Positions 11,101 through 18,807 of a stretch of 27,707 bases of DNA are shown here, one piece after another. The position numbers and the translations under genes were made by a program. The DNA comes from a virus. Taxonomy: Duplodnaviria; Caudoviricetes. The notes beneath the pieces are model-generated. The model was given only the letters and a program-made list of their open reading frames with translations, made no database searches and was not told the DNA's origin. The stretch spans positions 1 to 27,707 of IMG/VR virus record IMGVR_UViG_3300030095_002421; one strand, given 5' to 3'. Numbering within the stretch: the first letter of the stretch is position 1; each line of letters starts with the position of its first letter.

Positions 11101-14100
11101 CGGCATTTGCATTCAGCCCAATTACCGTCCTCACCGCCGTGCCAATCTCATCGGCCAGAAGGTTAGGAGTACGCGCTGTGAAGTTTGATATGTCTTCGAT
11201 GGAGATGATGTAGTCTTGGGTGTCGTTAGAAACAGAAGTAGCACCATCTAGGATTATGTAGCCTCCGAGGGTGACAGTCATACCTGCATCTATGTTGCCG
11301 AGATTGCTGCTTTCGTTGTTTGTTGTATTCAGAGGATTCCATGTCTGGGACGTTGTTATAGTGAGGGATGTGCCGTTGTTATACGCGGCTCTTGCCATGA
11401 TTCCATAACCGTCGTTCAAGACCCCCTCTCCAATGGTCACGAAGAAATTGGCTGCACAGTTTGCTTGAAGCCCTCTTTCTCCTGTCGAGTCCAAAAAGGC
11501 AGAGGCATCGTCCACATTGAGTGTGCCACTATTGTACGAGGTCACTACTGCTTGGACAGATGGGCGTTGACATCTAATTAACCATCGCCCGTTTCCTTCT
11601 GCCCATGCCTCTAGTTGATCTGTCACCTCAAAAGAAGAAATAGGACTTCTCTGTCCCCAATCAACAGCGAACCTAGATTCGTTATCCCTCATCTCTGGTC
11701 TGTTTGTAGCCATGGTACAATCCACAGTCATCTTGAAATTCTTGTCTGCGGGCAAAGGGGTTCTCGCATCGTTATCAGCAGAGATGAGTGATGCCACATC
11801 GAAAAACATAGAAGGGAACAATGGTAATTCAGTCACGGCCCTTGTGGATGCATAGTATGTGGATGTCTGCTTGTCATTACGAACCGATGCATTTCCCGAA
11901 CCTACTATCTTGTCTTTCCAACCGGGTAGGAATGGATGCTCAGTATATACTGGCTGTATGTCCACGCCACCTTGTCCCAGACCTCCAAGAGTCATTGAAA
12001 CGGTGGGCGTCCCCAAATCCCCTATCTCCTTCACGGGAGAGCCTTGCCCTAGATTGAAATCCCTCTGTGAACGATGGTCTAGTATGTCCATCAAAACCGA
12101 ACGACCATTAATGACTGTCTTTGACTCTCCTTCTTGACCTGCGGTTGGTGTAATCTCCTCTATCCTTCCCCTCATCAAGGTCTTCTCCAAGGTTGCTAAT
12201 GAGGTGTCCAGAGGAGAGTTTGATGCTGTTGAAACGTCTTCAAGCATGGAGTTTCGTGTCCTATTGGCAGGATGAACGAGAACCAGATTCTCATTGCCAG
12301 TCAATTCATTGTCAATAACGTCAAACCCTGCTAGATTACTTCTCCTCAATGTAGAGGGTGTCAGTTTAGAGGAAGTGTGATCTTTGTGATTATTCAAACT
12401 AGCCGAATTGATGTAGAAAACATGATAATCAGAGTTGCTCGTATCATCAGGGGTGTTTATTGATGCAACTGCCTTGGGACGACCATATCCTTGGACTTCT
12501 GTCCCAACCCCATAGACCGTATCCTCGATGTTGATGAATGGAGAGGGAGTTATGTCGCCTGTGGGGTTGGAAGACAAGATATGGGAAGCCGGCTTGTCAT
12601 TGAAGGTAGATGTGGGTAGGCTAACGAGTCCACCGGGAGCCGTGACAGTCAAGAGGATGTTAGTGAGGCTTGTATTGTTGCCTGAATAGGGCCGTCTAAG
12701 CCAATCTGAGACTGTTCGACCACCAAAGACGGCACTACCACAGGGGATGGTCTTACGCACGACCAGATAGGCCGCATTGCCCGTTGCATGATCGGCCCGG
12801 AACTTTGCACTAACATCTCCACTCGCTAGACTTGTTCCACCAACCACCTCTCCTGTCAAATCAATGGCATCATAGTGGATGAGTATCTGCTTTGGCCCTC
12901 CTGCTGAGACTAATACGGTAGGTGACTCTATTGAAGCGACTCTGGTCTTCTTTTCTGGCGTAAGGTGTCTTACATATGCATCATTTGTTGGTACGCCATT
13001 GGAGAAAGAAGCAGTATGCTCAGTATCAAGGCCCTTCAACATGAATGGTTTTGGATCTGAAATCGCAATAGCGACAATTTCATCTCTTGTTGAGGCATAG
13101 AGATTTTGACTGAGGCTGTTGTCATAATAACCAATTCCACTTTCCACAACTATCCGATTGAATGTATTGTTACTGCTACTTGCCGAATCAGTACCAGCGA
13201 CGGTCTTGGCTTTGTTGATTACCTTGGAGATTTCCCCATGATACACAGTTTCAGTAACTCTGACTCTCTGGTTCTCACTAACCAATGATTGTGTAGAAAC
13301 CTCATCAGAGACATACTTGAAGGTGTTTGCTATCCCTTGAACGGTTTGTTTTACCACTTGTTGATCGGGCGGTGGAAGCATCCGAAGAAAGAAGTCCCCT
13401 TCAAACATAGAATATGCGGTAGCAGCACCCATGGCTGGATATGTGGTGCTTGGCTCATACAACGTGTTTGCGTCTGTCGAGGCTGTGCTTCTGCTTTTCA
13501 AAGAAACAAAGTAAGCATCATTGGAATAGCCAGACATATCGGTAAATCGCTGTCCTTGAACGAATTGAGCCAGAGTAAATGTATCCTTTCTTCTCTTTCT
13601 CTGGTTGCTGACCGAGCCACTTGTTTCATTATTGCCCGGATCAATGAGTAAGTCAGCAGACCCTAGTGTGAACCATACTGGAGTGTTGTTTGTATGGGCA
13701 AAAAGATGCCCCTGTGTTTCGGGAAAGTTGTCTATCGTCCCGTTTGCAGCATCGTTCGCTAAAATCACAGAGGTGCAGTTTATCCTATTGTTAGCAAAGT
13801 CAAGTCCTGTTATACGGACTCTCTCTACCCTGTTTATGGATGGGTTTAGAGTAGAAGTAGATGATGTGGCTAGGACTGAGTTATCTCCAAATCTAACTTT
13901 CTGAGAATCTGGAGGGGTTATGACTCCTGTATTTGGATTCGTACAAGAATGATTGATTACTGCGTTCAGAACGGTCTGATTGACTCCTGTAAAGTACGTT
14001 TGGTCAGTCAAGTCTAATGTGGATGAATACCAAGACTGATCTTTTACTTCCTCTAGTTCTATCCCCTGTGTCAAGGCTGCCAGTTTCTCAAGAGCGGTGT

Positions 14101-15007
14101 ACCTATCAGTTGCACCCCCCGGATTCGCAGGGTAATCTCTAATCTTGAAATGTGTTGTATTGAAATCATAGCCAATACCAACCATGGGTATGTCTAGCAG
14201 ACCATCGTGAGTGTCTGGGCCATCTCTGCCTTGTTGGGGGGAACCAGAACGAGCATGGTCGAAGAAATAGATTTCTGGTACGTCCTGTTCGTCGTCAAAA
14301 GTCCAGAGTCCGAAGGTGTTGTCTGTCTTGGTGAGGGGCGATAGGGAGGGGGGGTGGACGCCCTGACAGATCCTCACGCTCTCTATCAGGCCACGGAACT
14401 CACCACCCTGTCCACCGATGAATAGGTCTGAGGATGTCTCCTTCATGATGCCGCCATCGCCACCTAGATTCATCTCAGCGACTATATCCCCATTGACGAA
14501 GACTCGTATCTCCTTCTGGGTGTATTGCGCCGTCACTAGGACTAGGCCCTGTGCGCCCAGAGTCATGTCCTGTGGCCTGTGGGCGTTTGACGACGAGGAA
14601 TACACCCCGGAGTTGCTATTCGTCTTGACAGGTGCGTCGAATGGGGTCGAGATGACATAGGGTCTGTCTTCGGTATGCACCTCAAAGACGATCTTGTCCT
14701 CTGAATGCGGTTTTCCATACTTCAGAGTGAATGCATTGGGCTTGTGGACTATGACGCCCCCATAGTCTGGGACGATATACGCATCAATGGTGAATGAGCC
14801 TCGTAATGAGTTGAGGGGGTGTGATTTTGAGTCCCTGTGTACCCGTCCTATCTTCGTCGCGTGGCTCTTGGTGGCCTTGACCGTACCAGCGAACTCATTC
14901 GCCCTCAGATCGACACCGGATTCCCGATACTTGCCCGTGGGTACTACTAGCCCGTCTGTGAACCCATTGAAACGAAGGGCCTTGCCATGGAACCTTACGA
15001 CACCCAT
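8165..15007 (-). CDS. Giant tail-associated protein with N- and C-terminal LamG/ConA-like lectin domains (about 2280 aa)
   Basis: Start moved from 15076 to ATG 15007, 1 nt after the upstream TGA. N-terminal LamG: ALRFNG...FTIDAYI...VFVNG...LFIGG...FRGLIESVRI...GLWTFD. C-terminal LamG: WSISAWFK...WTNVIVT...FWNGSLSEVGVFNYALS. An internal hub-like motif MRGRIEEITP...TVINGRSVLMDIL is also present. Confidence 0.75.
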   Translation of the reverse strand: MGVVRFHGKALRFNGFTDGLVVPTGKYRESGVDLRANEFAGTVKATKSHATKIGRVHRDSKSHPLNSLRGSFTIDAYIVPDYGGVIVHKPNAFTLKYGKPHSEDKIVFEVHTEDRPYVISTPFDAPVKTNSNSGVYSSSSNAHRPQDMTLGAQGLVLVTAQYTQKEIRVFVNGDIVAEMNLGGDGGIMKETSSDLFIGGQGGEFRGLIESVRICQGVHPPSLSPLTKTDNTFGLWTFDDEQDVPEIYFFDHARSGSPQQGRDGPDTHDGLLDIPMVGIGYDFNTTHFKIRDYPANPGGATDRYTALEKLAALTQGIELEEVKDQSWYSSTLDLTDQTYFTGVNQTVLNAVINHSCTNPNTGVITPPDSQKVRFGDNSVLATSSTSTLNPSINRVERVRITGLDFANNRINCTSVILANDAANGTIDNFPETQGHLFAHTNNTPVWFTLGSADLLIDPGNNETSGSVSNQRKRRKDTFTLAQFVQGQRFTDMSGYSNDAYFVSLKSRSTASTDANTLYEPSTTYPAMGAATAYSMFEGDFFLRMLPPPDQQVVKQTVQGIANTFKYVSDEVSTQSLVSENQRVRVTETVYHGEISKVINKAKTVAGTDSASSSNNTFNRIVVESGIGYYDNSLSQNLYASTRDEIVAIAISDPKPFMLKGLDTEHTASFSNGVPTNDAYVRHLTPEKKTRVASIESPTVLVSAGGPKQILIHYDAIDLTGEVVGGTSLASGDVSAKFRADHATGNAAYLVVRKTIPCGSAVFGGRTVSDWLRRPYSGNNTSLTNILLTVTAPGGLVSLPTSTFNDKPASHILSSNPTGDITPSPFINIEDTVYGVGTEVQGYGRPKAVASINTPDDTSNSDYHVFYINSASLNNHKDHTSSKLTPSTLRRSNLAGFDVIDNELTGNENLVLVHPANRTRNSMLEDVSTASNSPLDTSLATLEKTLMRGRIEEITPTAGQEGESKTVINGRSVLMDILDHRSQRDFNLGQGSPVKEIGDLGTPTVSMTLGGLGQGGVDIQPVYTEHPFLPGWKDKIVGSGNASVRNDKQTSTYYASTRAVTELPLFPSMFFDVASLISADNDARTPLPADKNFKMTVDCTMATNRPEMRDNESRFAVDWGQRSPISSFEVTDQLEAWAEGNGRWLIRCQRPSVQAVVTSYNSGTLNVDDASAFLDSTGERGLQANCAANFFVTIGEGVLNDGYGIMARAAYNNGTSLTITTSQTWNPLNTTNNESSNLGNIDAGMTVTLGGYIILDGATSVSNDTQDYIISIEDISNFTARTPNLLADEIGTAVRTVIGLNANAVHADPNNSSRYFILDGPNMEAFEWDPNEDNESANDRQSLHPVICQTSYLSLKGKKSDGTALEYVRPLEIDFNNVANVKPDFNLCVEEVVRRINMAGHPQAKNSAGASAFNPPAIFPTSASNNDTGTHMGYVRAFIGTEVESRDGEAGISIVIHSTVPGASGRNFNVRLSNKTPYTYKPSQVVGYGGLLSSNSRLYQPNLIPSPMPIGADGETFVPISIFRGAPSGSTLDSTNALRSYNGLGSSFKVTTVAAPAQETLEGVASTVESSGVLFNESNISGNAQTTLTVDTVDATTKFRAGDTLFDDTGASIGTISAVTATLITLTANNSVAVNNNENLMRSIPMTDPRPTELVSQTSVSHLAISTSVEDYLKRLTRATGSLGKGILRVGTLIADFEFIDQQKVVAGNNGSVMTNCFFIRNITPRDTMIDFLEAFFDSDGASIGGIEVELIYPRTDAEGIVYFGGGHTGVTFDISDGTANDYSDDYPHHYSKGPTGFAGHQNLHEVSTASAVLDFTNITNNDTINDNTMQGVHHRLGTDGVNLQRCLLYARLNDGTITDGTYNQSPVITEALYGSKLRLTRGYGILTPDGNYSSGTSMDVTMTGSTDISDITIGSGSNLSGAMIVVHNDDAFTFTGTSATGGADATLTGVAGASAVNDGVEMTFARGDTVVATMTSLNGPAYSVDTTSKGYKFRGGQSIATHHWTGSATNLEYGPMSDFDITQDWSISAWFKPSDTSFANNNEICSGPIITGRDKNDRNWGLYLFGSRISNSDQTISFAMAYHDGSNHKIARNKVADGGIKITDNAWTNVIVTKSGTTISMRAGNSERLRGYNYSLSANQDTTSMINLGLGTFGSGNARSLETTTANHNNTATLPQFQGGVVKTGMCFIGVSTIKNLETVHSSGDSDALFTIHYTDVTGSTQGNHAGVCGTLDSHESYAGGGLAGTENVYFWNGSLSEVGVFNYALSESECEEIYAARGVW

Positions 15008-15008
15008 G

Positions 15009-16238
15009 TCATATTCCCACCAGTTGCTCACACGCTTCAAATTGCAATTGATATACCCAGAATCCCTCACCAGCATTGTATCTCGGATTGAATGATCTTA
15101 GAACAACAGGGATTGCCACTCCTTGCTCAAGATAGGGGTTGGGCCTGATAATCTCATTGTTCACCGTTGTAGTTGGATCGAAGGCTTTGTCGTTATCTAC
15201 TGCTGAAAAGTTCGTACCTACTCCTGATGGTATGAGGTATTGCCTCAGAGTCTTGTTGCCATCAGGCGAGGATGCCAGCGACTCGTAGGGGATTCTAAGA
15301 CCTACGACGTATTTCTGCACGGTTTTCATGCCATCTATTCGCAAGAAGCGAGAAGCATCGACAGAAGAAACACCATCTGGTATGTCTATGACCGAACCAG
15401 CAATAGCGTTAGGCGAAACCAATGCTCCACCTGCACTCATGTTGGCTAGATTCAGTAAATCCTGAACCTTGTCTTCCATGGTTTTCTTCTGATTAGAAGA
15501 ACCCCCCGTCATATTGGTGACAAGGAACTGGTTAGTCCATGTAGCACCCGCATCGTCCTTGGATACTGTCGTAATGTGATCTCCATTGGAACCGACGACG
15601 GTATTCTTGATGGTAATCTTCTCCCCGTCGAAACCTGAGCCGCTTTGGACATCCATGGAGAGTGTCTGGTGCTGTCCAGATGACTGACTGACGGTTAAGA
15701 CGGAAGAACACGCTACCGTAGCAGTATTAATTTTAATTGAAGCCCCATTTATACCGCTTACAATAGTGTCAGCCAGACTGTCAGATGTGGTGGTTGAAGA
15801 GATGTCAATGACGACGATGCTATTGGTCGCCACAGTCGAAGAACCACTAGCGTTCTTCAATTCAAGAGTAGTATCCTCTCCCAGACCCGCATTTATCTGT
15901 CCCGTTGTCTGGAATCTTATCTTGACACCATCCAACTCAGCCTTGACGGCATTCCAACTGGCGAACAACTCATACCATGTAGAAGCCAGCGACTGGCTTC
16001 CATTGAGTGACGTGTCTATCGTCATGGAAGCACCATTGCCGCCGGTCGCCTCGACATCATCTGTGAATATGCCATCGACTGTGATGGCTATCTGAGTTTG
16101 ATTCAGATCGAGGCCAAGACGAGTGTTTATCACGGCAATGGGGAAGTTAGTCACCATTCTTTTGAGGTCGAAACCCACGTTATCTGCGTCTAACTCGGTG
16201 ACGCTGCTATCTCGGTGAATCATCTGTATCCTTGGCAT
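15009..16238 (-). CDS. Distal-tail (Dit)-like protein with an internal inserted domain (409 aa)
   Basis: Directly follows the tape measure (TGATG overlap). Tube/Dit-like beta termini (RLGLDLNQTQIAITVDGIF; VVLRSFNPRYNAGEGFWVYQLQF) flank a Ser/Thr-rich insert. The call is mostly positional. Confidence 0.5.
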   Translation of the reverse strand: MPRIQMIHRDSSVTELDADNVGFDLKRMVTNFPIAVINTRLGLDLNQTQIAITVDGIFTDDVEATGGNGASMTIDTSLNGSQSLASTWYELFASWNAVKAELDGVKIRFQTTGQINAGLGEDTTLELKNASGSSTVATNSIVVIDISSTTTSDSLADTIVSGINGASIKINTATVACSSVLTVSQSSGQHQTLSMDVQSGSGFDGEKITIKNTVVGSNGDHITTVSKDDAGATWTNQFLVTNMTGGSSNQKKTMEDKVQDLLNLANMSAGGALVSPNAIAGSVIDIPDGVSSVDASRFLRIDGMKTVQKYVVGLRIPYESLASSPDGNKTLRQYLIPSGVGTNFSAVDNDKAFDPTTTVNNEIIRPNPYLEQGVAIPVVLRSFNPRYNAGEGFWVYQLQFEACEQLVGI

Positions 16239-17635
16239 CAGACACCCCTCCCATAGCCACCAGACCTAGATCTGGAGCGGAATGCCCTCTGAACCTCTTG
16301 ACCCACGGCTTTCGCTATGGCACTAGCATCCGATCCTCCGCCGTTGACGGTGATGTTGGCGGTGAAGTCACCCCCACCTCCGCCACCTTGCATCGTGACG
16401 GGTATCGTCCTACCATCTGGTAGGGGGACGACAGCCTCTGTTCCGTGTAGTGCTACCGGATAGCCCGACTGAGGGCCAGAGGCAATACCACCTGATGCAA
16501 ATGGGTTCAGACTAGCCAAACCACCTGTTATATCTCCCATGTCAGGAACCAAACTGCCTAAATCTATATCCTTCAACTCATCAATCTTGTCGAGAATCCA
16601 TTGGATAGGGGTCATTATGAAGTCCCACATACCCCCTAACGCGCTAGTTATCTTGTTCTTCCACTCACCGGCTTTGGCTAAGATTTTGTCGAATTGATTA
16701 ACAATTGCATCTTTCACGCCACTAAAGCCATTCTTAGCGAACCAAATAACTCCCTTGAAGACGAGTTGAAGCCCCTGCAATCCTACTTTCACGAAGGAAA
16801 ACCATATTTTGAAAACGACTGTGATTGCGTCAAGGACGAATGTGACGAATTTATTCAACATCGTCCCCTCTGTGGTCGCTTTCTTTATCACCTTGGCAAT
16901 CCAGACCATCAATGCACCGAAGACCACTCCGAATGCCTCGCCAAAGAGGGCAACGGTATCCATTAACTCGTTGAAGTAGTCAATATATCCCGATGCTTCC
17001 AGACGTGCGAACACAGAGTCTATGAGTCCACTCAATGTCTCTCCGAGATTGCTTCCTTCTATCCCTAGTATTCCCATTGCTTCGGACACGCCCGTGAAAG
17101 CAGCCAATACGCCTACTCTGAAGCCGTCAAACACACCCATTATGGAATCTAGGAAGCCTACTTCAGACATATTGGAAACAACTGCACCCCATGCCAAGAC
17201 GAGAGCATCGAAGCCTATCTTCAGTCCCTCGACAAACAGATCGAAGGACTCTTTAATGGAATCCGACGTTATACCCAACGACGACAACGACTCCTTGAAC
17301 GTATCAGCGAGTCCACTCACACTCCCTAACTCACCCGCTAGGGCCGCGAAACCCGTTGCTGCGAGGGCAATTATCCCGATCAGGAAGAAGATGTTATCCC
17401 TCATCCCACCGAATATCAAGCCAACAGCCTTGATTGGATTCAATGCAGCCTTCATGACACCCCCTAGAGTGGTGACGGCGGCTGACAGGTTTCGATACAA
17501 TTTGTAGAATGGCCCTAGAACCTTGTTAAGAGTCAGATTTACTGCAATACTCTTGGTAGTGACAGGAATATTGCCTTTCATAGACTTGCCGAGAGCAAAT
17601 AATTGCCTCTCCGTTTCGACTATGCTATCTCCCAT
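16238..17635 (-). CDS. Tail tape measure protein (465 aa)
   Basis: Amphipathic helical sequence with periodic F/W, hydrophobic segments (IFFLIGIIALAATGFAALAG) and the typical C-terminal motif FASGGIASGP...HGTEAVVPLP...NITVNG. It follows the tube and chaperone pair. Confidence 0.85.
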   Translation of the reverse strand: MGDSIVETERQLFALGKSMKGNIPVTTKSIAVNLTLNKVLGPFYKLYRNLSAAVTTLGGVMKAALNPIKAVGLIFGGMRDNIFFLIGIIALAATGFAALAGELGSVSGLADTFKESLSSLGITSDSIKESFDLFVEGLKIGFDALVLAWGAVVSNMSEVGFLDSIMGVFDGFRVGVLAAFTGVSEAMGILGIEGSNLGETLSGLIDSVFARLEASGYIDYFNELMDTVALFGEAFGVVFGALMVWIAKVIKKATTEGTMLNKFVTFVLDAITVVFKIWFSFVKVGLQGLQLVFKGVIWFAKNGFSGVKDAIVNQFDKILAKAGEWKNKITSALGGMWDFIMTPIQWILDKIDELKDIDLGSLVPDMGDITGGLASLNPFASGGIASGPQSGYPVALHGTEAVVPLPDGRTIPVTMQGGGGGGDFTANITVNGGGSDASAIAKAVGQEVQRAFRSRSRSGGYGRGV

Positions 17636-17637
17636 GA

Positions 17638-18006
17638 TTAATTGCCGTCCTGTTCCTCTAATTGTTTGTTGAATCTCTCAAAGAAATCGTCAAGGTTGGC
17701 ACTATCACTTGTTGTCCGTATAGGCATCCCCTTATTTTGGTTTCCACTCGCGTTATAACGGTCGGCTTTGTCTCTTGCTTTCTTCATCTCCTCTGTCTGT
17801 TGTTCCTGATTTACCCGAACAAGCAGATAATCGAGATAAACTCGATCAATCGGTTGGTCATCCCATGAGTGTGGAGGGCAGTTGAAATGGGAACCGAGGA
17901 CGAAGGTCATCGTATGGAATGACAGCACGGCTTGTTGCTTTGGAGTGAATGGGTTGATTACCCCACCCGAAGTAATGTATGAACGAAGATCCGAGTGGGT
18001 TATTCC
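17638..18006 (-). CDS. Second (T) moiety of the tail assembly chaperone, expressed as a gpGT-like fusion (about 240 aa) by -1 frameshift
   Basis: The frame of the 17638..17928 ORF is open upstream to the slippery site (GITHSDLRSYITSGGVINPFTPKQQAVLSF...). Its GTG start lacks an RBS. LGSHFNCPPHSWDDQP resembles the motif typical of gpT moieties. Confidence 0.8.
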   Translation of the reverse strand, partial: GITHSDLRSYITSGGVINPFTPKQQAVLSFHTMTFVLGSHFNCPPHSWDDQPIDRVYLDYLLVRVNQEQQTEEMKKARDKADRYNASGNQNKGMPIRTTSDSANLDDFFERFNKQLEEQDGN

Positions 18007-18012
18007 AAAGGG
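17962..18012 (-). promoter_or_regulatory. Programmed -1 ribosomal frameshift signal: heptamer C CCT TTG plus a downstream stem-loop
   Basis: In-frame X XXY YYZ heptamer at 18012-18006, spacer GAATAA, then stem CCCACTCGGA (17999-17990) pairing with TTCGGGTGGG (17971-17962): 10 bp with 2 G-U pairs and an 18-nt loop. Confidence 0.85.
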
Positions 18013-18359
18013 CTTGGCTCACCGCCAGTCATGGATGCCACTAAGGAGTCTATACCGGGTAGAACATCAACAATGGCCGCACCGACTTCTGGACTCAAGT
18101 GCATCAATTCTTTTTTGGAGATTTTCGGTTCGGTGTCCGAGACACAATTCCGTAGAACATACTGCCAATAGCCACCAAAGTCAATTCTCGGCCTCATGTC
18201 GTCGCCTTCTATGACGAAATCAACGAACTTGGATATTGCTTCTTGCTGCTGTATCCATGTCATTGGCTTGACATAGACTATGAGATTTCCCACGGGTGTT
18301 TCGACTTCATGTCTCTCTGCGGTCTTACCCGCGAGAAAATCACTCGCCTTCAACGCCAT
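18000..18359 (-). CDS. Tail assembly chaperone, gpG-like (about 119 aa)
   Basis: Size and position between tube and tape measure, the VYVKPMTWIQQQE pattern and the slippery site at its 3' end. ATG 18359 is preferred over 18368 because GGAGATGA lies 5 nt upstream of it. Confidence 0.8.
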   Translation of the reverse strand: MALKASDFLAGKTAERHEVETPVGNLIVYVKPMTWIQQQEAISKFVDFVIEGDDMRPRIDFGGYWQYVLRNCVSDTEPKISKKELMHLSPEVGAAIVDVLPGIDSLVASMTGGEPSPLE

Positions 18360-18762
18360 CCAATTCATCTCCTTCTGCGACCCATCCTCCGGTTTCCGGG
18401 TCTGCTACAAACCCTTCATTTTCTGGCACTTCCTCTGGCACTTCTTCAACAGGAGGAGCAACTGCTACCTCGCTAATTGGGTCGTTGTTGGCATCCCACC
18501 CCCTCAATCTATCAATCAACTGTTGCTTGTTTCCATAGATTGGCAACTCCCTTTGGGTGCATTGCACCTTGAGATCGGTGACTGTCATGCCCTCGTACCC
18601 ATCTGTGTATTCCACTACATCTGGTTCTGCGACCACGATAGCACCCTCAACGGTGATTCCATGTGCGCTTAGACCGGGGCCTTCATTGATAGAATTACCA
18701 TCAATTGTCCAGTCAATTCTTTCTTTTGAGCCATTTACGGTGACGAATCCACTCAACCTCAT
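18340..18762 (-). CDS. Acidic SAP (helix-extension-helix) domain protein (140 aa)
   Basis: YEGMTVTDLKVQCTQRELPIYGNKQQLIDRL (18597-18505) fits the SAP consensus. The flanks are strongly acidic. Confidence 0.8.
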   Translation of the reverse strand: MRLSGFVTVNGSKERIDWTIDGNSINEGPGLSAHGITVEGAIVVAEPDVVEYTDGYEGMTVTDLKVQCTQRELPIYGNKQQLIDRLRGWDANNDPISEVAVAPPVEEVPEEVPENEGFVADPETGGWVAEGDELDGVEGE

Positions 18763-18797
18763 CGTTATACCGTTCCTGTCAATGGTTATTCAAGATT

Positions 18798-18807
18798 TCC
18801 TTAAGCA
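18798..18807 (-). promoter_or_regulatory. Candidate promoter box TGCTTAAGGA (copy 1)
   Basis: 35 nt upstream of the ATG at 18762 and identical to 21012-21003. It overlaps the tube stop codon. Confidence 0.35.

Noticed and set aside
15008-15076. ORF-track N-terminal extensions (starts at 15076, 8201, 23554, 22749) and the start at 27455
   Set aside because: Downstream ATGs coupled to the preceding stop and RBS fit better. The frame at 27455 is open to the window edge.
17638-17928. Independent 96-aa gene starting at GTG 17928
   Set aside because: No RBS, and the frame extends to the slippery heptamer. It is better explained as the frameshifted moiety.
17955-17999. H-type pseudoknot formed by loop ATTAC pairing with downstream GTAAT
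   Set aside because: No linker nucleotides remain between the 3' arm of stem 1 and GTAAT, so it is sterically implausible with the full stem. Treated as a competing hairpin.
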